NCBI GenBank assembly: GCA_002269645.1
Contig: NIVC01000221.1
Coordinates: 692,859 to 756,858, forward strand
Length of the DNA stretch: 64,000 nt
Direction of reading: 5' to 3'
Source: Macrostomum lignano
Taxonomy: Eukaryota
Shown here: one piece after another, positions 1 to 36,316 of the stretch
How the letters are laid out: the number at the start of each line of letters is the position of its first letter
How positions within the stretch are numbered: the stretch's first letter is position 1
Notes under the pieces: generated by a model
Seen by the model: only the letters and a program-made list of their open reading frames with translations
What the model was told of the DNA's origin: nothing
The model's database searches: none
Made by a program: the position numbers and the translations under genes

Positions 1-396
1 TGGGGTTGGAGCAGTCTGTAGCGACATGGCTGGATCGGAGACAGCTTGGCTGGGTACTTAAACCAAGGGAGATTCTACTCATACCGGCCTACTCAAAACC
101 TGGCACTTCCATTTTTCTGCTTCTCTGTCTGTACTCCTACGCGATTGGTTGACTCTGAGCCCTCGCGCGGCGGCTTGGGCAGAGGCCAGGAGGGTTGAGA
201 CCGGTGAAGGGAAGGGAGAGAGAGAGAGATGCTGTGCGGGCGTACGTGAGTCTGCAGCTCATTTCTTGATTCGATACAGCAGAGCTGCTCTACTAGAAGA
301 CGGACTAATGGAGCGACCTCTTCTTCTCTAACGCACAAGATTTTCCTGATTCCTTCTAGAGTTTCAGTGAAGAAAGTGCACTGCGGTTGTGACTGT

Positions 397-638
397 GTCA
401 GTCAGTCAGTCAGTCAGTCAGTCAGTCAGTCAGTCAGTCAGTCAGTCAGTCAGTCAGTCAGTCAGTCAGTCAGTCAGTCAGTCAGTCAGTCAGTCAGTCA
501 GTCAGTCAGTCAGTCAGTCAGTCAGTCAGTCAGTCAGTCAGTCAGTCAGTCAGTCAGTCAGTCAGTCAGTCAGTCAGTCAGTCAGTCAGTCAGTCAGTCA
601 GTCAGTCAGTCAGTCAGTCAGTCAGTCAGTCAGTCAGT
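397..638. repeat. (CAGT)n microsatellite
   Basis: Perfect tetranucleotide run of about 60 units; accounts for the SQSV-repeat ORFs. Confidence 0.98.
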
Positions 639-854
639 TAGCCAGCCAAATGCCTATTTTATATTAATACTTGCTTAACTGAAGTCGAAGGCACTCTCAC
701 TGCTCAGCTGAACAAACATTGGCAGAGCTGAGGGTGAGGCGAAAGTTTGGAGAGCAAATTACAGGCAGTTCAAGCATGGCTTAAAAAGCGCAGCTTACAA
801 CGTGTATTAACTTTTAATGACATTAGAAATTGTTAGAAAGTTAAAAAAAAATTG

Positions 855-905
855 ACAGACAGACAGACAGACAGACAGACATACAGACAGGCAGACAGAC
901 AGACC

Positions 906-965
<60 letters not shown>

Positions 966-991
966 TACCGACAGACAGACAGACAGACAGG

Positions 992-1029
<38 letters not shown>

Positions 1030-1047
1030 GGCAGACAGACAGACAGC

Positions 1048-1100
<53 letters not shown>

Positions 1101-1103
1101 CTA

Positions 1104-1152
<49 letters not shown>

Positions 1153-1190
1153 CTAAGACAGACACTAAGACACTAAGGCACTAAGACAGA
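855..1190. repeat. (CAGA)n microsatellite, imperfect
   Basis: GACA/CAGA run with point variants and CACTAAGA units at the right end. Confidence 0.97.
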
Positions 1191-2077
1191 CTGCTCAAGT
1201 TCATATATTTTTTCTACTCAAGTTTATAACTGTTATGGGGTACAGGTGACCCATGACTAGAAAATAAAACCAATGCTTTAAAGATTGCTGCTGAAGATTC
1301 ACGCAGCCAAAGCCCCTCTGTGTGCTAAAACGCATTCAATAAAACCCCAAATCAACCAAGTCTACCGCACTTCACAATTGGGACACACAACTTTTCCCTT
1401 CTGTAGCTCAGCTTTCACTCTGCTCAACCTCTGTCACTCTTCCTTGAGCGGATGTCGGGCCTCTCCAAGCCACATTGAGCTGAGCATAGATGCGTTGGCA
1501 TCATAAAAAGTGAGCAATGACTGCCCACAGTAGCCAGTAAATCTGAGCCGTTCTGTTCCAGTGGGGGGAAGACGTTTTTTCGTCCCAGTTTCCCCTCCAC
1601 AGCTTTGCATGCGCGCATGGACTGTGCGCCAGGGACTTTCATAGTTAATAATCCTGGTTTGGAAACTTCGCTTTACAAACTAAACTTCTGTGCCTTTGGG
1701 GTTGCCATGACAATAGCAATAATGAGACTGGTGACTCTGACTGGCCGTAATTCTAAACTCCGCGGTGAACGCTTCCTCGGAGCGTCTCAATGAGTTTCAA
1801 AAATAGAGCTAGCAAAAAATGCCAAGAGAAGTTGAGAAGCTTGAGAAGCTTGGGGCTTTGTAATTATAGGGCTGCAATGAATTCCAATACAAAACGATCG
1901 ATTGCACTACTTTAGTTGGGACTGTCATCGGCTTAGCCAGGTGCCGAGATTAAAGAGACTGAGACACGGTGCTTGCATCAATGCAATGCATACACTGATG
2001 ATTTCGCTTTGCTAGGCTTGGTTATTTTCAACAGCATTATTCAAATTGAAGCACATTTCCAGTGCCTTGCCTCTTCT

Positions 2078-2790
2078 ACCCTCTCTCCTCTCTCTTCTCC
2101 TCTCTTCTCTCTCTTCTCCTCTCTCTTCTCCTCTCTCCTCTTTCTTCTCTCTTCTCCTCTCTCTTCTCCTCTCTCCTCTCTCCTCTCTCCTCTCTCCTCT
2201 CTCCTCTCTCTTCTCTCTCTTCTCTCTCTTCTCTCTCTTCTCCTCTCTCCTCTCTCATCTCCTCACTCCTCTCTCTTTTCCTCTCTCCTCTCTCTTCTCC
2301 TCTCTCTTCTCCTCTCTCTTCTCCTCTCTCTTCTCCTCTCTCCTCTCTTCTCTTCTCTCTCCTCTCTTCTCCTTTCTCCTCTCCCCCCTCTCTTCTCCTG
2401 TCTCCTCTCTTCTCCTCTCTCTCTCCTCTCTCTTCTCCTCGCTCCTTTCTCTTCTCCTCTCTCCTCTCTCTTCTCTCTCTTCTCTCTTCTCCTCTCTCCT
2501 CTCTCTTCTCTCTCCTCTCTTCTCCTTTCTCCTCTCCTCCCCTCTCTTCTCCTCTCTCCTCTCCTCTCTCTCTTTCTCTCTTCTCTCTCCATTCTCTTCT
2601 CCTCTCTCCTCTCCTCTCTCCTCTCCTCTCTCCTCCCCTCTCTCCTCTCTTCTCTCCTCTCTCTCTTTCTCTCTTCTCTCTCCATTCTCTTCTCCACTCT
2701 CCTCTCCTCTCTCCTCTCCTCTCTCCTCCCCTCTCTCCTCTCTTCTCTCCTCTCCTCTCCCCTCTCTTTTTCTCCATCCTCTTTTGTCAC
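2078..2790. repeat. CT-rich polypyrimidine low-complexity tract
   Basis: About 700 bp of almost only C/T on the + strand (CTCTC/CTCTT units); source of the spurious Leu/Ser and Glu/Arg ORFs. Confidence 0.96.
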
Positions 2791-3382
2791 CTCTTCCTTC
2801 TTCGCTATATTTTGGATTCAGTGTCACTTTGTAAAAATCCGCTTGCCCCCATAATTAATGAAGTATTCATCCTTTCAGCCTCTGCTTTTTCTCCTCTTAG
2901 TGTCCATTAAACGACCCTTCCTGCAGTATTTTAGCGCGGCCGCGTGATCGTAACTTCCAAGTTTTCTATTTAGATTACATTTTAAAATAGTATAATATAT
3001 GTGCCTCAACACTGCAAGAAATAAAGCAGGTTTTGCACAGAAATCTAATAAGCCGATAAAAAATCTGTTTCTGAACTTCGCACCCCGCATAAGCCGCGAC
3101 GACAGATCGATAAGAAGGTTAACTGATAGTAAAGCTTTATTGTAACATTGAGCCTTCAACTGGTAGATTTTTTAATTAAGAGAATTTTTCCTCTGCTAGC
3201 AGTAAAATCCAAAGTAATTTAAAATGAATAATCTCGGGGTTCTGATATGCTTTTTATTGGAATTTTAATGAGTTATTGTTTTTGTCTACAGATTTATACA
3301 ATCTGCTGTGATGAATTTTATAAATGTTTTGAGCCATTAGTTTGTTGGTGAATTGTGAGATTTATAATTCTGGACTGGAGTA

Positions 3383-3965
3383 AGACGAGAAGAGAGAGGA
3401 GAGAAAGGTGAGAGGAGAGAGGAGAGAGAAGAGAAACGAAAGATGATAGGGGAGATATGAAAGGTTAGAGAAGAGAGGAAAGCGGTGAGAAGAGAGAGGA
3501 GAGAGGAGAGAGGAGAGAGGAGAGAGGAGAGGTGAGAGAAGAGAGAAGAGAGACGGGACACTAGGGGAAAGAGGAGAGAAGGGAGAGGGGGAGGGAAGGG
3601 GGGAGAGGTGAGAGGGGAGAGGGGAGAGGGGAGAGGGGAGAGGGGAGAGGAGAGAGGAGAGAGGAGAGGTGAGAGAAGAGAGAAGAGAGACGGGACACTA
3701 GGGGAAAGAGGAGAGAAGGGAGAGGGGGAGGGAAGGGGGGAGAGGTGAGAGGGGAGAGGGGAGAGGGGAGAGGGGAGAGGAGAGAGGAGAGAGGAGAGGT
3801 GAGAGAAGAGAGAAGAGAGACGGGACACTAGGGGAAAGAGGAGAGAAGGGAGAGGGGAAGGGAAGGGGGGAGAGGGGAGAGGAGAGAGGAGAGAGGAGAA
3901 ACGAGAGATGAGACGGGATGAGAGAGCAGACGAGAGGTGAGACGAGACAGGTGATAGAAGAGAAT
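3383..3965. repeat. GA-rich polypurine tract with internally repeated blocks
   Basis: GGAGA units; the block gagaagagagaagagagacgggacactaggggaaagagg occurs three times (near 3535, 3672, 3803). Confidence 0.93.
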
Positions 3966-4534
3966 GTAGAGAGAGATGAAGAGCAGAAAATATAAGCAGA
4001 ACGAACCCGTGAAGACGAGCACATGATGCACGCAGCACCGATTGAACCCTGAGGCTGGTATCGCTGAAAAGACAGCGATCAAGAGCCAGGAGGTCTGATG
4101 TTCTCCAGCCCATCTCCCAATCCCCTTGCAATTAGTGAGCCCAGTAATTCCACAAGGCTGCTCAATGGCTCTTCAAATTATATTTCTAGGGAGAAGAATA
4201 ATTTCAATAATTGCAGCCTCATCTCGCGATGCTCCGCGAGTTCGGGATCGCGACTCTGCAAATAATGCGAATCTCTTGAGCGGGTTGAAGTGCCGTGGGG
4301 AATTCAAGAATTGAGGATAAAAATTTTAAATATCGAGACATGACAAACCAGAGGGAGGCACTTGCCAAGTGGAATGCTCGTGTCGCTATGGATATTCGGG
4401 GTTGAAAGTATGGAAATCTAACATATGCATGTCTGTCGAAGGCGTCACGTTTTGGCCAGGTTTGTGTTAGACTGCTCAAAGTAGACACTTTGCATAATAC
4501 TTGGAATACGGAGCAAAATGACGAACTATTTAAC

Positions 4535-5205
<671 letters not shown>

Positions 5206-6031
5206 CAACAGTCGTCTCACCTTAGCTGCGGTCTGGCTTTCTCGTTCGCCGTTGCTTCCAGAAGAAAGCCACCATTGTTGGATTGCGACGAGATGGACAT
5301 TTTCACAGCACCTCTCGAGGCTCCTGTACTTGCTGTGTTGTCCCGATGTTTTAACAAACGGTCAAATAAATTTTCTTTACAAAACAAAAAAACAAAATTC
5401 TGAAGCAAAACAGACTTTCACTACTTTGATATTTGAGTCTTGGCTTTAAAAAGCTTATTAGAGCTGGAAAATCGATTGATTTGAGCTGCTGTATAGTCCC
5501 TATGGCAGAGCACTGCACTTCTTATAGAGTTGCGGTTCTCAGTTGTGGGCACACTGAGATCCTATTAATCTAAACGCAGCGTTGGATCTGCCTTTGAGCA
5601 CAAGTGCGCGAGTACACTGCAGTTAGAGATAAGGAATATCAAGCGCATATCGCATGCGTTTATGCAAAGCTGGGTGCGTATTTTTTACACCAATAGAGGA
5701 CGGCAGTCAGAGTCTCAAGCTTGCAACATATATACGAGTCTTGTAGCAGTTTGCTTTGTCAATACAGATAGACAATAGTGTGGCTGCCTTATTCCATGAT
5801 AGCACCGGCTCATATTGGTTCAGTGCTTCCATGTGCTTCTGCAAGTGAAGCCCATTTCCTGTGCTCACATTCTCACGGATTTAGCTACACAAAATTGAGT
5901 ACAAAATGAAACAATTTCCCAATACGCATTTCGCGTGTTCACATAGTCTCCTGGTCGACGTGATAACGAAATTTAGAGGTTTGGTAGGGCTGCTCTGAGG
6001 CGCAGGTCAAAGAGTACTCAAGTACTTCAAG

Positions 6032-7610
6032 TTTTTATAGAAAAATACATTGCGGAGATATTATAGGAGGTTTTCATTTCTTCAGCACCATAGTTGTTAT
6101 TGCTTTTGATAAAAGACAGACTCAATGTTCATCTTTTAATGTCTCCTTTCTTACAGGTTTATATATTGCTATTCATTACAGCTTTTCATTAAAAAAATTA
6201 GGATTCTATATGTTAATTTTATATCAAACGTACAATCCTACATGTCAAGTGCCTAAAATAAAAGAAATGTGTAACAGAATGATAAAATTGTGTCATAAAA
6301 CCATATGAGTCGAGCTCATAGGATAGGATAGGATAGCTTTTCGGTGAGGTGGCACCCAACGAATGGACGACGGCGCACATCGTCGTTATTCCGAAGTAGC
6401 CAGGCGTCACACGGCCTGAGGAGCACCAAGGTATCCGCCTGAAGTTCTGCGCTGCAAAGCTGTTCAACCGGATGCTGCTATCGCGGTAGCAGCCCGTACG
6501 TGCTGAATTCGTACTTGCGGCATGAGCAGAACGGCTTCCGGCCCCATCGCGGCGCAGTGGCACAGATCCTGGCTCTTCGCCGAGTCATCGAGGATGCGCG
6601 GACCCGCCAGTCAAGCCTGATTGCTCTCTTTATTGACTTCAGGAAGGTTTTCGACTCCGTCGTGAGGGCCATGCTCCCAATGGTGCTCCCAACGACCGGC
6701 GTTGCGACGAGCGTCGGCCTGGTGCTGAACACGCAGAAGACCGTCTTGCTCTGCATGCTGGACGACATCGAGGCTGCTATTTTCTACCTCGGAGGTCCGG
6801 TGCCTGACGTTCGCGAGGACCTGCGACGTCGCCGTGGACTTGCCTGGGCTGCCTTCCGTTCCGTGAGGGCTTTCAGTACGAGGCCCTGCCTGACCGCCAG
6901 TGGACGGCGTTGTTCTAGGCGGGGATCTAGATCGTCATGTTGTACAACGCCGAGACCTGGACTCTGACGGATTCGCTGGAACAGCAAGTCGATGAGGCGC
7001 ACGCTGGCCTGCTGCGCGCCGCCTTCAAGATCGGCTACGAGCGAGTCACCAATGCGGCACTCAATCGCCGCACTCGCCTGTTCCGTCCCATCAAATCGTT
7101 TCGCCGTCGGCGACTCCAGCTGGCAGGCCATAATATTCGAGCCGAGTCGTTCTGCCCACAACCGGTGCAGGAAGTGCTGCTGCTGACAATGCAGGCACCC
7201 TACTTCCAGGGACAGGCGCGCACTCGGCGTTTCGTCGACTACCTGTTGGCTGATGCCGGCGCCCCAGACACTGCGGCGGTGCGGCCTACGTTCGCGCCCA
7301 GGCCCTGAAACGCGCCCTGTGACGTTGTCCCACTCTTGACTGGCTGACAACGTATTTTGTTATTGTAGGATAACATAGAATCCTGTAATTTTCTAACCGA
7401 AAAGCTTTATGAATATCAATAGAGCAATAAGAAAGGCATGCAAGACATTTCAAAGATGAACATTGGGGCTCCCTTCTATCAAAAGCAATAGCGATTACTG
7501 TGCTGAAAAATGAAAACCTATCTCCGTAATGTATACATATTGTTTTTATAAAATCTGCCTCTTAAAAATTATAAAGAAACGTATAGTTTTCTGTCCTACT
7601 ACTTTAGTAG
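6032..7610. mobile_element. Degenerate inverted-repeat (foldback/MITE-like) pair enclosing an RT fragment
   Basis: 6053-6215 (cggagata..ggttttcattt..tcagcac..ttattgcttttgata..caatgttcatcttt..ggattctatatgtta) is the diverged reverse complement of 7371-7526. Related sequence recurs at 12355-12445 and 60940-61370. Confidence 0.75.
6330..7330 (+). mobile_element. Decayed non-LTR retrotransposon (RTE-like) reverse transcriptase fragment with internal deletion
   Basis: EQNGFRPHRG (RT domain 1) and LFIDFRKVFDSV (domain 2), then a jump to GLVLNTQKT/FYLG and the C-terminal LYNAETWTLT motif typical of RTE-clade ORFs. The QG/SP and YADD blocks are missing; stops and frameshifts present. Confidence 0.85.
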
Positions 7611-9751
7611 GGTCCTTGGGAGAAAAAACCTTCGCGATTAAGTTACTCTTTTGATGAAGAATTAAGGGATAGTGTATATGTCTAGTGTAGTCGGCATAGT
7701 CAGTCGGTCTTTAGAGACCATCAATGAAGGCAATAAGAAACGTGTCCAGTCTTTCTTAAATTTGATTTGTTGCTACATGTTCATTATAATAAGCCAAGCT
7801 TATAGCTTATTAAATACTTTGATGTAGTACTCAAAATACTTAAGCCTTAAATAATCTACATCATGTAGATGTGTTTGTTATGTGTTTCATATGTCTTACA
7901 AGTTAAACGCTACAAGTTACAAGTTGATTAGCGATTATCGCCACGTAGTGTTTTGCTCTACTGTGGTTTGCAATTCCATAAGGGAAATTATGATAACTAT
8001 ATATAAGCTTGAGTAAAAGACAAAGACTTTTTCTCAGCTTGTCAATTATTACACGCGTCGAGAATTGTAGACATTTCAAGACACTGCATAAAACGGATCG
8101 CTTGTAATTTTAATTTTATGAAACGAAATTTATTTGTCACTTGTCACTAGTCGTACTTGTAGGCACTATAGCTTACAAGTCGTATATGAACACCCCCTGG
8201 GGGGGCGTTTCATAGAGGTTATAAATTAAAAGCTACTACAAGCTTGTAGACTACAAACTACAAATGACAATTTACAATAGTATGCGTTTCAATACTTAAT
8301 TTGTAAGTTTGAGCGAATAGCCACAGGCTAAAATTTGTCAATCTACAAGTATCTATGGTTAAAATCTATTAAAAACAAGACTATATTAAAAGACGTTCTC
8401 GTTTTCAGCAGCCGCGGCCCATTCCTCAAGCTGCCAAACCCTTTTCCTACGCGAGCAAGAATGCCACTGTCTATCTTTGGAGAAGAAGATTGTATTAGAA
8501 AAAATAAAAGATATAAAAGATCATCTTAGTCTAAATCAAAGTTAAAGTTAACTCAATCCTTAAACGTGCGTCGGTGTTCCGGGGCGATTTCAACGTCACA
8601 GCGTCTCTATCACTATCTACGAGGTTGCAGGCTCGTACTTAGCATTATTATTCAGCATGAAGATACCATAGACGATTGAGCGCATTCATGGATTTTCTTT
8701 GCTAAAAATCTATGATCATCATTTTGTCTCTTGCGTATCCAATTCCGGTTTCGTCAATGTTCTATGTCGATGCGACCTTGGTTTCTGGAAAACACCCACT
8801 GAACAATTTCCTTATAAGAGTTTTGTTGCGACATCAATGACTTTAACCACAAAACGACAAATATTCAATTAGGGTACGTTTCTTCCTGCACAGAAATCCG
8901 AAATTGATGACATTGTGCTTTCACATAACATCAACTAATAACGAACGACGTCTGCATGCGTTGGCTGAACGTTGGTGTAATGTAAAAGTACATATCTGTC
9001 ATCAGTGTCATATTATTGTACGGGTCTATCGGCCTCGAACTCATTTCTAAGAAAATTGAACGTAATTAGCGTCCTTCCACTTCAGCGCACTGCCCAGTTG
9101 CCAAAACAACTTCAATGTATTCGTCTATTTTTAGCTTGAAAAACTGAAATCTTTTTTACATTTCTTTTCTTTTACCATGACTTTGTATTGTTGATTCTAA
9201 GAAAACAATGCGTTAATCGATTTGTAAAGAAAACAATGGTTCGCTTCTGCGGATGCGTTACTACCTACTTCTTTGTGTCTCGAATTTCCGCAACTTGCCT
9301 TCTCTGCACCAGTCTTAGACAGAGAGATGCCTTTGGGGTTGAACGCTGCATCAGCTACCCACAGGAAACGCTCTGAGACAATACAACGGATCTGCCTTCC
9401 AATTGCTGTTAGGGATATAGCTTAAAAGTGAATTTAAAAAAAACTTTTTATATTAGTTCAAAAAATTAATGACGAATTCGCCGAAATTAATATAGATAGC
9501 CAGGGCAAAAATTCAAAAGAAGGTTTGTATTTTCTGTTTCTCTAAAGCTACACAGAAATCAGATTTTGTTTCACTACTCAAAAGAATATTACGGGGCACG
9601 TTAGCATCAAACTTCATTCGAGGCCGGGAAAATAAAAACTCGATTTCAGGGTTAGCAGCAAATGTTCTTCATGGGTTCAATGTGTCGTTTTCAATAATCT
9701 TTTTTGCAGTTCTCTTCCGTATACAGTCTCTATAGCTCCTTCATCTACTAA

Positions 9752-9981
9752 GCCTTCACAGCTTCATCCCGACTCACTTAGCCTCACAGCTTCATCCAGA
9801 CCCACTCAGCCTCACAGCTTCATCCAGACCCACTCAGCCTCACAGCTTCATCCAGACCCTCTCAGCCTCACAGCTTCATCCAGACCCACTCAGCCTCACA
9901 GCTTCATCCAGACCCTCTCAGCCTCACAGCTTCATCCAGACCCACTCAGCCTCACAGCTTCATCCAGACCCACTCAGCCTC
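9752..9981. repeat. 28-bp tandem repeat (about 8 copies) derived from the last codons and stop of the WSC/PAN gene
   Basis: Unit cagcttcatccagacccactcagcctca; the copy at 9952-9979 encodes AEWVWMKL-stop on the minus strand. Confidence 0.93.
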
Positions 9982-10823
9982 GCTGGCCACCTCAGCGGGC
10001 ACAGCGGCGAATCTCAGCAGGCGGCACATGCGGCTCGAAGGCGCGAAGGCGCAGCCCTGACAGTCCGGGCTGCCGTAGCAGATGGTGGCGCATTCAACGG
10101 CACTGCTGGCTGCGATGCTGCGGTGAGTGATGGAGCTGGCGGAGGCTGTGATGTTCAGCAGAGACGTCACGGGCAGTTTCGACATCACTGGATCGACTGC
10201 AGAAGGTTTGGTTGAAAATAATTTTTAAATTTAATACTTTAATCGATCATATTTATTCGACTACTGCTCATAAATCGTCCAGCTCGAACTAAATTCAAAG
10301 ATGACTTAAGAACACTGCGTTTTTAAGTCGTCCTTGGGCAAAATTACCCTTGTGTTTACACTTGTACAAACTGCGTAAATCCGAAACGCTCACTTGATGA
10401 GTAAGTCAATTCGTAGATGGAATTTTTCAACACTCCACCGCAAATCTGAGACGAGTTTCCGCTGCAAGGTCTGCTGCAGTCGCCAGCCGGTGCGATGCCG
10501 TGCGATCCGTAGGCTAAGCCGCAGCAGCAGTAGCGCGAGGCCTGAACTCCAAAGTAGCGAAATCGGCCGTAAGAGCACATCTGGCTGCACAGTTGCAGTG
10601 TCATCTTTGCCTCATCGTAAAAAAATCCTGGGACATCGGGTTGAGTCTCAAACTGTCCGAACTTTTTCACCCCCTCCAGTCCTACAAGATCTCGGTTGCC
10701 ATTACCGCCATCCACGTAGCAGCCGACGTGGCGAAACTCCAACGGTTGAGGCGGCACGGAAGCAGCGGCGCAGCGTCCGGAACCGGCTGCCCAGCAGAGC
10801 AGCAAAGCGCAGAGTTTCAGCAT
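9952..10823 (-). CDS. Secreted WSC-domain + PAN/apple-like domain protein (2 exons, about 224 aa)
   Basis: Exons 10394-10823 and 9952-10196, GT-AG intron, phase 1, joining in frame as ..TYSS-I-DPVMSK... Signal peptide MLKLCALLLCWAAGSG; WSC pattern GCYVD..MTLQLCSQMC..YFGVQASRYCCCG..CSRPCSGNSSQICGG; PAN-like SAVECATICYGSPDCQGCAFAPSSRMCRL. Confidence 0.85.
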
Positions 10824-10949
10824 TGGGAAAAGAATCTCCGAGAGTGACCGAACTGCACTTTCTGAGACGCTTCTTCTGATTCAGGTAAGAAATTTAAGCA
10901 ATATATTTGCTGGAAGAAGCCAATGGAAAATCGCCCACCAAAGCTATGC

Positions 10950-12320
10950 ATGGATTGGCTGAGGTTTCACCTCGATGTGCATGAGAGATTTTCGACTGAT
11001 GGATAGCTTAATGGCGGACACCTGCGAGACTCGCCAAAAGGCGGTGTCAATTGTTTTTGTAGATTTCTGCAAAGCATTTGACCAGGTCAGCCGAGCGGCC
11101 ATTGACTGGCTCCTCCAGCAGCATGGAGTTCCTCAGCTACTGGTTCAGGCGATCATGGACCTCTACAGCTCGTCGAAGGCTTTTGTCCAGACTGACCACG
11201 GCCCTACATCTGAATTTGCCACCACCTTTGGGGTCCGGCAAGGTGACACCCTATCACCGTTTCTATTCGTTATTCTGATCGACTACGTCATGCGGCTGGC
11301 TCTGCGCGACGAAGACGGCTATGAAGTGGTGCCTCGCCGCAGCTTCCGCTTTCCCTGTGTCAAGCTGACCTGCCTCTCCTACGCAGACGACTTGGCGCTG
11401 ACCTGCTGCATTCCCGAAGCTGCGCAGAGGGCGGTGAGTCGGCTGGCTGACGAGGGGAAGCACGTGGGGCTCCACATCAACTACGGCAAGACAGAGGTGC
11501 TGCATGTTGGCATTGCCAACTCTTCACCGCTGCTTCTACTGGACGGCAACACCATTGCCCCGTGCAACCAGTTCAAGTATCTGGGCGTCCTGACTCGGAT
11601 GCCATTGTCAACAACCGCAAGCAGCTGGCGTGGCGGGCCTCCCACCTTCTCCGCTCCATCTTCAACTGCCGACTCGCCACCGACAGCCTGAAGGTCGCCC
11701 TCTTCCGCTCGGCAGTTGAGGCGGTGCTGACCTATGGGCTGGAAGCTGTTCCCATGACTGCCACTCGTGAGGCGAGCTTGGAGGCCTATCATCGTCACCT
11801 CCTGCTCAATGCCTTTGGGCATCCGATTCCCCGAGCGCGTGAGCAACGCTGAGCTGACGGCCCGGACCCGCGTGCCGCCCCTGGGTCGCACTTTGCAGAA
11901 GCGACACCAAATGTTGATAGGACTCTGCCTGCGAGCCCACACACGGGGCACCGGGCCCCTGATCGCCGACCTGCTGCTCAGGCCGCCCTGTGTGGAGACT
12001 CCGCCGAGGCAAGGCGCTGCACCACTCTGACTGACACGTCGGTTCTCACTGACTTGCCTAGGCTCTGGGCCTTAGCCCTCAGTCTGCAACTAGGCCGGAG
12101 TCAGCTGTTTTCCACCAGCGGGTGCTTCGCTGACCCCTGCGCCAGCGTCTGTTTGATAATAATAATAATAATAATAATGATAATAATAATGTTAATAATA
12201 ATAATAATGTTAATAATAATATAGTAATAATAATAATAATGTTAATAATAATAATAATGTTAATAATATAATAATGTTAATAATAATAATAAATAACAAT
12301 AAATAATATTAATAATGGCG
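10950..12320 (+). mobile_element. 5'-truncated RTE-like non-LTR retrotransposon with (TAA)n tail
   Basis: RT motifs IVFVDFCKAFDQV, GVRQGDTLSPFLF, LSYADDL, INYGKTE, FKYLG; frameshift near 11600 into a C-terminal VLTYGLEA region; TAA-repeat tail at about 12155-12315. Confidence 0.92.
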
Positions 12321-13205
12321 GAGGAGACTTTATCAGACAAATCTCTCTCCAGACAATTCATCTCCAATATGTATAATTTTTCGGTAAAACCTTTCTCCTA
12401 AAATTTTACAAGAAACGTATAGTTTCCCGTCCTACTTGAGTAGCTGTTGATACAGACATTGATGCTTTTGAAATTTTACTCAGACCTAAATAACTCCAAG
12501 GAAAATTGTAATTAAAATTCATACAGATTATTCTTTGCATGTACGTTTACATAAATTTCTGTATTAATTATAAATATTCTGGTAAAAAAATTGTTAGCTA
12601 CCCCATCCTATAATTAGGATTTTTACTTTTTTGATAGATTTTATCAAGGACCACTAGGAACACTTCGTTATATACTTATAGTCTAGTAGTCCTTGGATTT
12701 TATTTGTAAACCACAGATTTTTTATAGTAAGTTGAGATCTCGATCACTTCAGTAATGTAATGTATCTTTATATCTATTTTAAAAGCAATCATATTTTGTA
12801 TTTATTTCGCATTGTGCATTATTTGTATTTGTATTCTATGTATATTTTACTGTATGTACTTGTTTATTTTGCTTGACAGTTTATAATGAAGATTGAAGCT
12901 TGTTTTTAATGACTAATAATTAACTAATATAAATATGAATCATCGATTTTTTGGTAACAGTTCGCCGCTCTGATTCAGCATCTCTCGATTGAAAATTCAA
13001 ATTATGGTCTTTGGCTATTCAGTTCATTACAGTTTCATTACAGGAACAATACAAATCAACATCGGTGTTTACATTAACTTAACAAAATTATTTTTAGGAT
13101 CCGATTAGCTAAACAAATAAAAAGCTTGTTATATTTATTTATTAATAAATGTAGTAATAATTAGAAAATACAAGAAAAAATATGAAGTACAATATACTTC
13201 CCAAA

Positions 13206-13316
13206 GGCTATCCTGTAGTTTCGCACGTTAAATTATTTTACGGAATTATTTCGCCCTCTATTCAAGGGTGGTGGGGGTGGGGGTAATAATTTAACGTGCG
13301 AAACTACAGGATAGCC
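13206..13316. mobile_element. 111-bp MITE, Mutator (MULE)-like
   Basis: Perfect 31-bp TIRs (GGCTATCCTGTAGTTTCGCACGTTAAATTAT and its reverse complement) flanked by a 9-bp direct repeat CTTCCCAAA at 13197-13205 and 13317-13325. Confidence 0.9.
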
Positions 13317-14165
13317 CTTCCCAAATTATGAACTGTCAGAATTTTTCTTATTATAGTGTAGATCTAAACAGATATATGATTTTAGAGGCAAAAACAATAT
13401 TTGAATTTTTTATATTAAATACAATAAACTACAACACAGCCAAAAGCTTAAAAAACTAAAAAACTGCAGAAAGGCTAACAGGGGTTAAAAATGTTTCAAA
13501 ACAGCTAGACAACAAATATGATTGTGCAAGAATGGAAGCGAATTATGGGTAACATAATATATGAAATGGCAAGAAAAAATGAAAAAAAAATTATGAGAAA
13601 AACAAACGGAAAAAGCTTCTGTGAGCTTGCGGAAAGAGCTCTCAGAAATTTAAAGAATTAGCCACGTATCTTACGTACTACTGACAATGATAAGGAAGTA
13701 GTAAGATAGATAGATATGATTGTGGCAGCTAAAATTGTAGTTCGCAATTAATTAAATTACTGAGGTGCAACTGTTGACGTCCAGAAAGCTGACACAAATG
13801 ACAGAGAAGCGGCAGAAATAAAGTTTGTTCAAATTCATCAAACGTTCAAAATATTAAATAATTAATAATTCGTAAATAAAAATACCCACAACTGGACGAT
13901 TAAAACATCAAATAGACCCCGAACTGTCAGCAATTCGTAACCATCAGCTGTTTTAACAAACAATTAATAATAGAAGAATTAAGTCAACTTAATTTATAAT
14001 TAACCTTTACGAAAGGTTCAGAATTTAAGATTCTGTCCGTCCGGGCTTCAAAAATTAAAATGGTTCAAATGTTAAAATGGACCCACATTTTTTCTATTTT
14101 CAATCCGGTTTTAACTAATGTGCCTAAACTTGAATTCGTCGAATAGTAGTTATTACTGCAAAAAA

Positions 14166-36316
<22,151 letters not shown>

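Noticed and set aside
367-4131. SQSV, TDRQ, Leu/Ser and Glu/Arg repeat ORFs
   Set aside because: Translations of microsatellites and CT/GA tracts.
5485-5580. tRNA-like look (..tggcagagcactgcac..)
   Set aside because: No complete cloverleaf or B box.
8940-9060. Faint IS3/integrase-like peptide on the minus strand (LRNEFEADRPVQ*YDTD)
   Set aside because: Too short, contains a stop and has no supporting DDE residues; likely chance.
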